64,000 nucleotides of DNA from an uncultured Candidatus Rokubacteria bacterium (GTDB taxonomy: Bacteria > Methylomirabilota > Methylomirabilia > Rokubacteriales > CSP1-6). The DNA lies in contig CAVVEU010000031.1 of assembly GCA_963747235.1 (NCBI GenBank), forward strand, positions 1-64,000, read 5' to 3'. Below, in pieces: positions 42,772 through 58,622 of the stretch. The translations under genes were made by a program, and so were the position numbers. The notes below the pieces were generated by a model. That model was not told the DNA's origin. It saw only the letters and a list, made by a program, of their open reading frames with translations, and did not search any database. How positions within the stretch are numbered: the first letter of the stretch is position 1; the number at the start of each line of letters is the position of its first letter.

Positions 42772-43512
42772 TCAGGGCTTCTCGGGCGGGGCGACCGGGA
42801 CGCCGCGCACGCCGGACTTCTCCAGGGCCTGCGCCACGAACCCGGAGGCCTTCATCTCCTCGATGAAGGCCTTCGCGTAGGCGAGGCCCGCGTCGCGGCC
42901 CTTGGGCAGGCCCATCGCCTGCTCGATCACCATGAAGCGGTCGTCGAGCACCTTCGAGCCCGGCAGCTTGGCCTGGTCCATCAGCAGCAGCTGGCGTACG
43001 CCCGCGATCACGTCGGCCTTGCCGCCCTGCACGAGGCCGACCCCGGCGCTGTTGCCCGGTGCGCGCACCAGCGTGGCCTGCTTGATGTTGCGGGTGAGGA
43101 AGTGGTCGTAGGCGCTCTTCTCGGAGACCGCGATCCGCACGCCGGCCTGATCGACATCGGGAACGCGGGTGTAGGGCGCCCCGGCCGGGATCAGATAGGT
43201 GCCCTCGATCAGCAGGTGCGGCGCGGTGAAGCCGATCTCGCCCGCGCGTCCCGCCTCGCGGGCGAGGAAGGCCACGTCCCACGCGCCGGTCGCGAGCGCG
43301 TCGGTCATCTGGCCGGCCGAGCCGTACTGGACCAGCGCGACCGGCACGCCGAGCCGGCGGCCCAGCTCGTGGGCCAGGTCCACCGCGACGCCCTTCACCT
43401 CGCCGGTGGTGGCGTTCTTCTGGGCGAGGACCAGATTGCCGTGGTTGATGCCGACGCGCATCGTGCCGGTCGGGGCGAAGTCGGAGCGGACAGCCGGAGA
43501 GATCGATGCCAT
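42772..43512 (-). CDS. Family 3 solute-binding protein (no signal peptide evident)
   Basis: APTGTMRVGINHGN, GVAVDLA, WDVAF, EEMKASGFV. Confidence 0.8.
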   Translation of the reverse strand: MASISPAVRSDFAPTGTMRVGINHGNLVLAQKNATTGEVKGVAVDLAHELGRRLGVPVALVQYGSAGQMTDALATGAWDVAFLAREAGRAGEIGFTAPHLLIEGTYLIPAGAPYTRVPDVDQAGVRIAVSEKSAYDHFLTRNIKQATLVRAPGNSAGVGLVQGGKADVIAGVRQLLLMDQAKLPGSKVLDDRFMVIEQAMGLPKGRDAGLAYAKAFIEEMKASGFVAQALEKSGVRGVPVAPPEKP

Positions 43513-43564
43513 GGTGGCGCAGGCTCCTAGCGGGTAGAGGGTGGCGAGAGCTCCGTGAGGGCTC

Positions 43565-44752
43565 TCAGAGAACGCATTGTCCATTCCGGGCGATGACGCG
43601 GCCGCCGCTGATCACGAAGGCGCGGGGCGGGCGCATCGCGACCAGCTCGCCGAGCGTCTCGCCCGGGAGCACCACGAAGTCGGCGCGGTCGCCGACCGCG
43701 AGGCCGTAACGCGTGAGGCCGAGCACCGCCGCGTTGCCCCGCGTGACGACGTCGAGCGCGCCGTGCACCAGCGCGTCGGTGCGGAAGCCGTTCCGGTAGG
43801 CGATCAGCATCGCGCGCTCGAGCATGTCCGCGTTGCCGAAGGGCGTCCACGCGTCCCGCACGCCGTCCGAGCCCGCGCCCACCGTGACGCCGGCCTCGCG
43901 CAGCCGCCGCACCGGCGGCGTCGGCCGGTCGCCGGGCGCGGTGGTCATGATCGCGATGCGCTCCTCGCGGAGCAGGTCGATGAGATGACCGACCTCGGGC
44001 TCGTCCACCATGCCGAGGCAGAAGGCGTGGCTGACCGCGACCTTGCCGCCGAGCCCCAGCGCGCGGGTCCGCTCGGCGATCATGCGGATCTGCGCGGCGC
44101 CCTGCTCGCCGGGATCGTGCAGGTGGATGTCCACGCCCGCCCCGTAGCGCCCCGCGATGCCGAAGACCACGTCGAGCTGGCCCTTCGCGTCCTGATCGAT
44201 CCCGGCGGGATCCACGCCGCCGATCAGCTCGGCGCCGTCCTTCACCGCGCGCTCGAGCAGCTCCGCGGTGCCCGGGCGGGTGACCACGCCGCTCTGCGGG
44301 AACGCCACCACCTGGATCGAGACCGCGTCGCGGAGGCGGCTCCGCGCGGTCATGACGCCCTCGAAGTTGCGCAGGCCGATCTCGGTGTCCACGTCCACGT
44401 GGGTCCGGATGTGCACGGTGCCGCGGCTCACCGCCTGGCGCACCAGCCGCTCCGCCTGCACGTCGGCCGGCAGCCCCAGCTCCCGCCGCAGGCGCCGCTC
44501 GTTCTCGATCCGCTCGAGCGTGGTGGGCCCGGCCTCGTGCGGCCGCCACGGCTGCCCCCAGAAGGTCTTGTCGAGATGCATGTGGGCGTCCACGAGGCCC
44601 GGCAACAGGATGCCGTTCTCCCCGTCGATCACGGTGACACCCGGCGCGGCCTCGATGCCGGGGCCGACCCGCGCGATCGTCCCGTCGCGCGCCAGCACGT
44701 CGACGACGGGGCCGCCCATCGGTCGCACGTTGCGGAGGATCAGCTCGGCCAT
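43565..44752 (-). CDS. Amidohydrolase, cytosine deaminase-like
   Basis: DAHMHLDK, RTHVD, AFPQSG, DIHLHD, SHAF, GSDGVRDAW. Confidence 0.88.
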   Translation of the reverse strand: MAELILRNVRPMGGPVVDVLARDGTIARVGPGIEAAPGVTVIDGENGILLPGLVDAHMHLDKTFWGQPWRPHEAGPTTLERIENERRLRRELGLPADVQAERLVRQAVSRGTVHIRTHVDVDTEIGLRNFEGVMTARSRLRDAVSIQVVAFPQSGVVTRPGTAELLERAVKDGAELIGGVDPAGIDQDAKGQLDVVFGIAGRYGAGVDIHLHDPGEQGAAQIRMIAERTRALGLGGKVAVSHAFCLGMVDEPEVGHLIDLLREERIAIMTTAPGDRPTPPVRRLREAGVTVGAGSDGVRDAWTPFGNADMLERAMLIAYRNGFRTDALVHGALDVVTRGNAAVLGLTRYGLAVGDRADFVVLPGETLGELVAMRPPRAFVISGGRVIARNGQCVL

Positions 44753-44858
44753 GACCGGGCGAGTGTACGGCCGAGCCCCGGCCGCTTCAAGCCCGGGAGG
44801 CCGGCTGCCCCCGCGCGGCAATTCTGCCCGGGTGGGAATTCTGGTAGTGTATGGCGCC

Positions 44859-45609
44859 ATGGACCTCAAGGATCGCGTCGCCCTGGTGGCGGGCGGCACC
44901 GGAACGCTCGGCATCGCCATCGCGCGGGCCCTCGCGAAGGAGGGCGCTCACGTCGCCATCACCTACCTCGAGCGCAAGGACGCCGCGAAGGAGACCTGCG
45001 CCGCGGTCGAAGCGCTCGGGCGGAAGGCGTGGAGCATCGCGCTGGACCAGACCGACGCCGCCGCGATCGCGCCCGCGATCGAGGCGGTGGTGAGGCAGTT
45101 CGGCCGGCTCGACGCGCTCGTCAACAACGCGGCGTGGAACATCAGCATCCCGTTCCCCGATCTGGAGGCGCTCGACGCCCCGACCTGGGACCGGCTCTTC
45201 TCCACCAATCTGCGCGGGCCGTACCTGCTCTGCCGGGCGGCCGCCCCGCACCTGAAGGCGAGCGGCTCGGGCCGCATCGTGAACATCGCCTCGGTGGCCG
45301 GGCTCAATCCCGGCGGCAGCAGCATCGCCTACGCGACGAGCAAGGCCGGGCTCATCCACCTCACGCGCTGCCTCGCGGTGGCGCTGGCGCCCGCAGGTCA
45401 GCGTGAACTGCGTGGCGCCGGGGCTGATGGAGGGGACGCGCATGACCTCACGGCTGCGGCCCGAGCTGGCCGACGGGGCGCGCCAGCGCGCCGTGCTCAA
45501 GCGCGCGGCCAGCGTGGAGGACGTGGCGGATCAGGTCGTCGCGTTCTGCCGGACGGACAGCGTCACCGGCCAGGTGTTGAATATCGACGGGGGCGTGTTC
45601 TTCCACTAG
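44859..45609 (+). CDS. SDR family oxidoreductase (frameshift near 45393)
   Basis: GGTGTLG, VNNA, YATSK, NCVAPG, TGQ..IDGG. Confidence 0.88.
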
Positions 45610-45644
45610 CGGGGCGCTGAAACAGCCCTGCGGCGCGTCGGCGC

Positions 45645-47325
<1,681 letters not shown>

Positions 47326-47363
47326 GGCTCTGATCCTAACATCGGTTATACAATAAGGTTCTT

Positions 47364-48786
47364 ATGCCCGAGCCGGTCCGCGTTCGCTTTCCGCCCAGCC
47401 CGACGGGCCATCTCCACGTGGGAGGCGCCCGCACCGCGCTCTTCAACTGGCTCTACGCGCGCCATTACCAGGGCGTCTACGTGCTCCGGATCGAGGACAC
47501 CGACCGCTCGCGCTCCACCGAGGAGTTCACCCAGTCGCTCCTCGAGGCGCTGCGCTGGCTCGGGCTCGACTGGGACGAGGGGCCGCCCACGCCCGGCTAC
47601 CGCCAGACCGAGCGCTTCGAGATCTACCGCGCCCACGCCGAGCGGCTGCTCGCGGAGGGGAAGGCCTACCGCTGCCGGTGCACCCCGGAGACGCTGGACG
47701 CGCTGCGGAAGACCGCGGAGGCGCGCAAGGAGACGTTCCGCTACCCGGGCACCTGCCGCGCGGCCAATGTGCCCGCCTCCGAGCCCCACGCCCTGCGCCT
47801 GGCGATCCCGCGCGAGGGCGAGACGGTGGTGGACGACGTGAACCGCGGCCGGGTGGTCTTCAGCCACGCCGAGCTCGACGACTGGATCCTCGTGCGGACC
47901 GACGGCACGCCGACCTACAACTTCTGCGTGGTCGTGGACGACGTGACCATGAAGATCACCCACGTCATCCGCGGCAGCGATCATCTCTCGAACACGCCGA
48001 AGCAGGTGCTCTGCTACCAGGCGCTCGGCTACCCGCTGCCGGTCTTCGCCCACATCCCGATGATCCTGGCCGCGGACAAGACACGGCTCTCCAAGCGGCA
48101 CGGCGCCACCTCGGTGCTCGCCTTCCGCGACATGGGGATCCTGCCCGAGGCCATGCTGAACTACCTGGCGCGCCTCGGCTGGTCCCACGGCGATCAGGAG
48201 ATCTTTTCCCGGGACGAGCTGGTCCAGCACTTCGACCTGGCCCACGTGGGCGCGGCCGACGCGGTCTTCGATCTGGAGAAGTTCAAGTGGGTCAACCACC
48301 AGTGGATCAAGCGGCTGCCCGCCGCGCGTCTGGCCGCGGAGCTGACGCCCTTCCTCGAGCGGGCCGGCCTGCCCGCCCCGCGCGACCTCGCCTGGCTCGC
48401 GCGCGTGGTGGACACGCTGAAGGAGCGGGCGCGCACCCTCGTCGAGATGGCCGAGCAGGCCGCGTTCTACCTGCGCCCACCCGACGCCTACGATCCGCAG
48501 TCCACCGCGAAGTTCTGGAAGGAGCAGGCCGCCGAGCGCTACGCGATCCTGATCAAGCGCCTCGAGGCCCAGGACGCGATGGACCCGCAGGCGCTGGAGG
48601 AGCTCTACCGCTTCCTCGCCGCCGACCTCGAGCTCAAGCTCGTGGACCTGGCGCAGCTCACGCGCATCGCGCTTGACCGGCAAGACCGCGAGCCCGTCGA
48701 TCTTCGAGGTGGTGAGCATCCTCGGCAAGCCGGAGACGCTCGCCCGCCTCAAGGCCGCCGCGGCCGCGGTGGAGGCCCGCCGGTGA
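47364..48786 (+). CDS. gltX: Glutamate--tRNA ligase (frameshift near 48672)
   Basis: RFPPSPTGHLHVGG, RIEDTD, THVIRG, RLSKRHG. Confidence 0.95.
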
Positions 48787-49416
48787 GACGGCTCCTGCTC
48801 GCGCGCCACGGGCAATCCGTCTCCAACGCGGTGAGGCGGTTCCAGGGCGCGCAGGACGTGGCGCTCTCGCCGCTCGGCATGCGCCAGGCGGAGGCGCTGG
48901 GCCTGGCGGTGGGCCGCCGGCCGATCGCCCACGTCTACGCGAGCCCGCTCGAGCGCGCCCGGCACACCGCCGAGATCGCCCTGGCCGGCCTCGACCTCCC
49001 GCTGACGACGGTGGACGACCTGCGCGAGCTGTCGCTGGGCGAGTGGGAGGGCTGCACGGTCGAGGAGATCCGCACCCGGCCCGGCGATCCCTATGCCCGC
49101 TGGGTGCGCGATCCGGTGCAGTGCCTGCCGCCGGGCGGCGAGCCGCTGGCCGACGTGCAGGCGCGCGTGGTCCAGGCGGTGGAGCGGATCGCCGCCGCGC
49201 ATCCTGAACGGCGACGACGTGTTGATCGTCTCGCACGGCGGCGTGATCAGCGCGCTGCTCGCCCACTGGCTCGGCCTGCCGCTGTCCTCGATCTGGCGGA
49301 TCGCGGTCGCCAACTGCTCGCTCTCCGAGATCGCCCCGCCGCGGGTGGTGTCGGTGAACGAGACCGGCCACCTGCGCGACATCGACGTCGCGGTCACCGC
49401 CCCGCTGAGCCCGTGA
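48783..49416 (+). CDS. Histidine phosphatase (phosphoglycerate mutase-like; frameshift near 49200)
   Basis: LARHGQS, SPLERA, ELSLGEWEG, VSHGG. Confidence 0.9.
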
Positions 49417-49417
49417 C

Positions 49418-52869
<3,452 letters not shown>

Positions 52870-52880
52870 GCTTTCTCTCA

Positions 52881-52915
52881 CCCTCTCCCCTTTGGGGAGA
52901 GGGCAGGGTGAGGGG
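52881..52915 (-). repeat. BoxC/REP-like palindromic element, copy 2
   Basis: CCCTCTCCCCTTTGGGGAGAGGGCAGGGTGAGGGG, the reverse complement of the 4877-4911 element apart from the loop. Confidence 0.8.
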
Positions 52916-52995
52916 CCGGAAGGTGAGGGGCTCTGGGTTTCTGTGCCGTCGACCGTTTCGACGCGGGCTACCGTTTACTTCTTCAAGCTCTCCAT

Positions 52996-53142
52996 ATGCG
53001 GGGGCCCAGACATGGCCCCCGCACTCCCCCAGTCGGCGGACAACCGTTCCGAACCCGGCTTGGCTCCGCACTCCCCCAGTCGGCGGACAACCGTTCCGAA
53101 CCCGGCTTGGCTTCCGCACTCCCCCAGCTAGCGGGCAACCGG
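52996..53142 (+). repeat. 39 bp hairpin repeat copy 2 running into a 47-48 bp tandem repeat (about 2.6 units)
   Basis: Units start at 53019, 53066 and 53114: CCGCACTCCCCCAGTCGGCGGACAACCGTTCCGAACCCGGCTTGGCT. Confidence 0.9.
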
Positions 53143-56100
53143 TGAAGGACTTGCTGGCGGCCGCGCCCGATGATCGGGCGCGCTGCGGCGAGCTCAAGCG
53201 GCCTGGGCTTCGCGGATCCCGCCGCGGCGCTCCGCAATCTGCACGCGCTGACGCCCACGCCGCGCGAGGCCGAGCTGCTCGCGCCCGCGCTGCCCCGCCT
53301 GCTCGCCGAGCTGGCCGCGGCCCCCGATCCGGACATGGCGCTCAACAATCTCGAGCGCCTGGCCTCCCAGGGCGAGCTCGCCGCGTTCCTCCGCCTGCTG
53401 GGCGCGCATCCGGGCGCCATCCCGCTGCTCGCGCGCCTGGGCGGCACCAGCCAGTTCCTGGCCGACACCCTTCGCCGCTATCCCACGCTGCTGCCCTGGC
53501 TGCTCGAGCCGCGGACGATGCGGCAGTGGCTCGCCGATGAGCTCACGGAGGATCTCGCCGCGAGCCTCAAGGCCGTCGAGCGGCCCGAGGCGCGGCTCAA
53601 CGCGCTCCGCCGCTTCAAGTACCGCCAGCTCCTGCGCATCGGCTGCCGCGACATCCTGGGCGACGCCGATCTCACCGTGACCACCGAGGAGCTGTCCCAC
53701 ATGGCCGACGTGTGCCTGGCCGCGGCCTGGGACTGGGCCCGGGAGCGGCTCGAGCGGCTCTACGGGGCGCCGATCGGCGCCGACGGCGCGCCCACCGGCC
53801 TCGCGGTCATCGGCATGGGCAAGCTCGGCGGCGAGGAGCTCAACTACTCCTCGGACATCGATCCGATCTTCGTCTACGGCGAGGACGGGGAGACCGCGGG
53901 CGGCGAGTCGGGCCGCATCGCCAACGGCGAGTTCTTCACCCAGGCGGTCCGGTCCATCGTGGACACGCTCGAGTCGGTCACCGAGGAGGGCCACGTCTTC
54001 CGCGTGGACCTGCGCCTGCGCCCCGAGGGACGCTCGGGCGCGCTCATCCAGTCGGTGGCCGGGTATCGCCACTACTTCGCGGACCGCGCCGAGCTCTGGG
54101 AGCGCCAGGCCCTCATCAAGGCGCGCGCCTGCGCGGGGGACGAGGCGGTGGCCGCGCGCTTCTTCGAGGCGGTGCGCCCGTTCGTCTACCGGCCCGGGCT
54201 CGACCCGGCCATCGTGCGCGCGGTGCGCGAGATGAAGGCCCAGATCGACCGCTCGCTCCGGGGCAAGGACGCCTCGCACCGCAACGTCAAGCTCGGTCGC
54301 GGCGGCATCCGCGAGGTGGAGTTCCTCGTCCAGGCGATGCAGCTCCTCTACGGCGGCGACGACCCGTGGCTGCGCGAGCGGAACAGCCTGCGCGCGATCT
54401 TCCGGCTCACCGAGCGGGGCTACCTGTCGCACGCCCTCGGGCGCGAGCTGGGCGACGCGCTCGTCTATCTGCGCACCGTCGAGCACCGCCTGCAGCTCCT
54501 CCACGAGTTCCAGACCCACACGCTCCCGGAGGAGCCGCGCGCGCTCGGGCTCCTGGCCCGCCGCATGGGCGTGGCGCAGCCGCCCGCCGCGGCGGCGCGG
54601 CGCTTCATGATCGAGCACCGGCGCGTGACCGCGCTGGTGCACCGGGCCTTCCGCGAGTTCTTCGCCGCGCCGCCCGCCGCCGCGGCGCGCCCGCTGCGCA
54701 TCCCGAGCTACACCGCGCTCAAGGCGACCGGCTTCACCGACCCGGACCGCGCGCGCCAGAATCTCCGGCTGGTCCTCGAAGGCCGCCCGCTGATCCCGTA
54801 CCCGGCCGCGGCCGGCCGCGCGGTGGCCCGCCTCTTCCCGGTGCTGCTCGACGCGCTCTGGCAGAGCCCGGACCCCGACGAGGCGCTGGGCCAGTTCGAG
54901 CGCTTCGTCTCTGCGGCGGGACCGAGGACGGCCTACCTCGAGCTCCTGGCCGACCGGCCGGATCTGCTCGCGAACCTGGTCCGGCTCTGCGCGCGGGGCG
55001 AGCTGCTGACCGAGCTCCTGATCGCCCAGCCGGAGCTGCTCAACGGGCTGGCGAGCTCGGAGACGTTCGCGGCGCGCAAGCGCGCGCCCGACTTCCGGCG
55101 CGAGCTGGCACCTGTGCTCGCGCCGCGCCTGGCGATCGCCGAGCGCGCGGACATCCTGCGGCGGCTCAAGCAGGCGCAGGAGCTCGGGATCATCTGGCGC
55201 ATGCTGCTCGGGGTGACGGACGCGGAGCGCTTCTCGCTCGAGATGACCGCGCTCGCCGAGGCCACCCTCGCGGTCGCGTGGATGCTGGCCCTCGAGCAGA
55301 CGGTGGCCCAGCACGGCGGCGTCCCGCGCGACGCGAAGGGCCGGCTCGTGCCCGCCGCGATCATCGGCCTCGGCAAGTTCGGCGGCCGCGAGCTCACCAC
55401 CGGCTCGGATCTCGACCTCTTCGTGGTGTACGGCGGCGCCGGGTTCACCGACGGAGATCCGCCGGTCGAGGCGCACGTGTTCTACGACCACGCGGTGGAG
55501 GCGCTGAGCGGCCTCCTGAGCGACATCACCGCGGCCGGCGTGGCCTTCGCGGTGGACCTACGCCTGCGCCCCGGCTCCAAGGGCAGCGGCTTTGCCTCGA
55601 GCGACGACGCGCTCGAGCGCTACTACCGCGAGTGGGCGGACCCGTGGGAGCGCCAGACCCTCACCCGCGCCCGGCTGGTGGGCGGCGATCCGCGCCTCGG
55701 CCGCGCGGTGCGCCGGCGCATCCGCGGGCTGCTCTACGGGCCCGAGGCGCCGCCGCCCGACCTCAAGGAGATGCGCGCCCTGCGCGAGCGCATGGAGCGC
55801 GAGCTGGGCAAGGAGACGCCCGGCCGGTTCCACGTGAAGTTCGGGCGCGGCGGGCTCGTGGACGTGGAGTTCATCACCCAGGCCATGCAGATGCGCCACG
55901 GGGCCCGGCATCCGGGGTTGCGTCGGGCCAACACGCTCCACGCCATCCGCGAGATCGCGGCGGCCGGGCTGCTCCCGGCGGAAGACTGCGCCACGCTCGC
56001 CGAGCAGTACCGCGTCCTGCGCCGCGTGTCGCTCGGGCTCCGGCTCTTCGGCACGCGGCCGTCGGACACCCTGGAGCTGGCGGGCCCGAACCCGGCCCGG

Positions 56101-56205
56101 CTCGCCAAGACCCTGGAGTATCCGTCGCGGAAGGAGTTCCTGGAGGACTACCGCCGCCGCACCGCGTGGGTGCGCGCGCTCTACGACCGCGTCGTGCCGA
56201 AGTGA
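53142..56205 (+). CDS. glnE: Bifunctional glutamine synthetase adenylyltransferase/adenylyl-removing enzyme (probable frameshift near 53200)
   Basis: Two nucleotidyltransferase domains (GMGKLGGEELNYSSDID, GKFGGRELTTGSDLD), VDLRLRP twice, KLGRGGIREVEF. Confidence 0.95.
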
Positions 56206-56256
56206 GCCGGCCGCGTCAGGCGCCCGGCTCGCGGGTGATGCGCGCGCCGCGAGCGC
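56144..56256 (+). repeat. Left copy of ~115 bp direct repeat (glnE 3' end + vestigial murA 3' end)
   Basis: Matches 61836-61951. Identical blocks are 56168-56208 = 61860-61900 and 56215-56249 = 61908-61942. Confidence 0.95.
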
Positions 56257-56590
56257 CTGCGGCGCGACGTCGCGTCGCGCCCGGGGGCGCGAGCGAGTGG
56301 TCGCACACGGACCGATGGCGCCCGAGCCCACGGCCTCGACGGCGCCGCTGGCCGCAGGGCCGGCCGGCACCGACCGGTTCACTTACCGGCGGCGGTGTGC
56401 CGACCATAGCATGCCGCTCAGCGGGCGTGGTCGGCGCGCGAGGAGGCCGCTAATGTGCGCTGTGGTATCACACGCCAGGACGACGGCTGCCGGAGGGCGG
56501 GCATGTTGCCTATCCTCGGTTCTGATCTCGCCCGACGGGATCACGTGGAGCCGGAGGACCCCACCAACTGACGGGTTCGAACCAGAAGCC

Positions 56591-57844
56591 TCACGCCCTG
56601 GACTCTCCGAGCGTGAAACAGAATGTCGCCCCCTTTCCCTTTTCGGCCTCGGCCCAGATGCGGCCGCCGTGACGATTCACGATGCGCTGCACGATGGCCA
56701 GGCCGACGCCCGTGCCTTCGAACTCGTCCTGGCGATGCAGCCGCTGGAATACGCCAAACAGTTTCTCGGCGTGCTTCATGTCGAAACCGACGCCGTTGTC
56801 CTTCACATAGATCGCTTGCTCGCCGTTCTCCAAGCGGCAGCCGATCTCGATTTCCGGGCGCGGCTGCTTGCGCGTGTACTTGAGTGCGTTGCCGAGCAGG
56901 TTGACGAACACCTGCTCGAGCAGCGCCGAGTCGGCGCGGCACTCCGGAAGCTCCCCGACAACGACCTCGGCCTTGCGGTTGGCGATATCGTCGCGAAACG
57001 TCTTCAGGCATTGGTTCACGAAGCTTTTCAGGTCGATCGTCCGTTTGGCGAGCGGTTGGCGCGCCGTCCTCGCGAAGTTGAGCAAATCGTCGATAAGCCG
57101 GGTCATCTGCTGCGCGCCCTCGCGCACTAGGCCGAGATGGCGCCGGCCCTCGGCAGGCAGCGAATCGGCATGGTCGCACAATACGATGCTGGAGAAACCG
57201 GCGATCGCACGCAGCGGCGCGCGCAGATCGTGCGACACGGAATAGGAGAAAGCTTCGAGTTCCTTGTTTGCGCTCTCCAGCTCCGCCGTGCGCTGCTGGA
57301 CACGGGACTCCAGGCACCGGTTCAGTTCGACAATGTCCCCGTGTGCCGCCCGAAGCGCATCGAGCGCCTTCTGCAGCTCGGCGTTCTTTTCCTCCAGCTT
57401 GCGCACCAGCGCCTCGTTGTATTGCCCGAGGACATACGTCTCGTCCCGTCCGGCGGCCGGATGCGGCGAGGTGTCGCGCGTTTTCTGCGCGGCTTCGCGC
57501 AGCGCTTCGAGGATCACCGGCATGGGAGCCGGCTTGATGATGTATTGATCGGCTCCTACGGATTGCGCCAGCTCGCGGTCCTCCGACGAATTGTAGGTGC
57601 TGGTGTAGAAGACGAACGGGAGCGAGCGGAGCTTGCCGAGCTTGCGGATTTCCAGGCATAGCCGGAAGCCGTCCATGTTCGGCATCAGAATGTCCGAAAT
57701 GACCGCATCCACAGATTCACGCTCGAGCAACCGCAGCGCCTCGACGCCGTCAGAGGCGTCGAGCACGGTATGCCCCTCGGCCTCGAGCTGCACGCGGAGC
57801 AGCTTCAGGTTGGTCTGGTTATCGTCGACGATGAGGAGATTCAC
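56591..57844 (-). CDS. Receiver domain - histidine kinase hybrid
   Basis: LIVDDN, SDILMP, then SYSVSHDLRAPL, NLLGNALK, DNGVGF, GTGVGLAIV. Confidence 0.92.
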   Translation of the reverse strand: MNLLIVDDNQTNLKLLRVQLEAEGHTVLDASDGVEALRLLERESVDAVISDILMPNMDGFRLCLEIRKLGKLRSLPFVFYTSTYNSSEDRELAQSVGADQYIIKPAPMPVILEALREAAQKTRDTSPHPAAGRDETYVLGQYNEALVRKLEEKNAELQKALDALRAAHGDIVELNRCLESRVQQRTAELESANKELEAFSYSVSHDLRAPLRAIAGFSSIVLCDHADSLPAEGRRHLGLVREGAQQMTRLIDDLLNFARTARQPLAKRTIDLKSFVNQCLKTFRDDIANRKAEVVVGELPECRADSALLEQVFVNLLGNALKYTRKQPRPEIEIGCRLENGEQAIYVKDNGVGFDMKHAEKLFGVFQRLHRQDEFEGTGVGLAIVQRIVNRHGGRIWAEAEKGKGATFCFTLGESRA

Positions 57845-57857
57845 TGCGTCCGGGGGT

Positions 57858-58229
57858 CTAGTTGATCTTGTTCTGCGTTGTCTCCTCCAGCTGTTTCGAC
57901 AAGCTTCGGGTATCGATGGGCTTGGTGATGCACGCATCGCAGCCGGCTGCCGCAATGTCCTCGCGGCGGTAGCGGTCGGTGTAGGCCGTGACCGCAACGA
58001 TCGGGATCAGGCTGGTGGCAGGGTGTGCCTTGAGCTGGCGGACGAGCGTCAATCCATCCATGCCCGGCAGTTGCAAATCCAGCAGGATGACGTCGGGCTT
58101 ATCCGTCGCGATGGCGTCCACGGCCTCCTCGGCCGACGTTCTCTCGCGCACGATGTGTCCGCTCATCTTCAGCACTTCGCCCATCAGTTTCAAGTCGGTC
58201 GGATTGTCTTCGATGACCAGGACTTTCAC
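57858..58229 (-). CDS. Single-domain response regulator (DivK-like)
   Basis: LVIEDN, LLDLQLPGMDG, ITKPIDTR. Confidence 0.9.
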   Translation of the reverse strand: MKVLVIEDNPTDLKLMGEVLKMSGHIVRERTSAEEAVDAIATDKPDVILLDLQLPGMDGLTLVRQLKAHPATSLIPIVAVTAYTDRYRREDIAAAGCDACITKPIDTRSLSKQLEETTQNKIN

Positions 58230-58241
58230 GTCGGTCTCTCC

Positions 58242-58622
58242 CTATGTGCCCTTGTTGTCCCGCAACGACTGCGCCACCCGGTGCGGCAAGGTGCGCGTAT
58301 CGATCGGTTTGGTGATGTAGCCGTCGCAGCCCGCGTCGTACGCCTTCTGTTCGTCGCCGGTCATCGCAAAGGCCGTCAGGGCGATCACCGGGATGTGCTT
58401 TAGCCGTGTGTCGGCCTTCAGCTTGCGCGTGAGGGTCAGGCCGTCCATTCCCGGCAGGGCGATATCCATGAGAATCAGGTCGGGCTTGGTGTGCTCGAGG
58501 AGTTCCTGCGCCGATTCGGCATCCGCCGCCCTTACGACGGCGTAGCCCTCGGCCTCCAGGACGTCGGAAGCCAGTTTCAGGTTGACCGGATTGTCGTCGA
58601 CGATGAGGATGCGGGCGGTCAT
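58242..58622 (-). CDS. Single-domain response regulator (DivK-like)
   Basis: LIVDDN, LMDIALPGMDG, TAFAMTGD, ITKPIDTR. Confidence 0.92.
   Translation of the reverse strand: MTARILIVDDNPVNLKLASDVLEAEGYAVVRAADAESAQELLEHTKPDLILMDIALPGMDGLTLTRKLKADTRLKHIPVIALTAFAMTGDEQKAYDAGCDGYITKPIDTRTLPHRVAQSLRDNKGT

Noticed and set aside
53019-53142. Tandem 47-48 bp units as a CRISPR array
   Set aside because: Units are identical end to end with no unique spacers, there are fewer than three units, and no cas genes are present.
56510-56570. SPDGITW Asp-box-like peptide at the left island edge
   Set aside because: A single short motif in an ORF that mostly overlaps the kinase antisense. It may be a gene remnant but cannot be supported.
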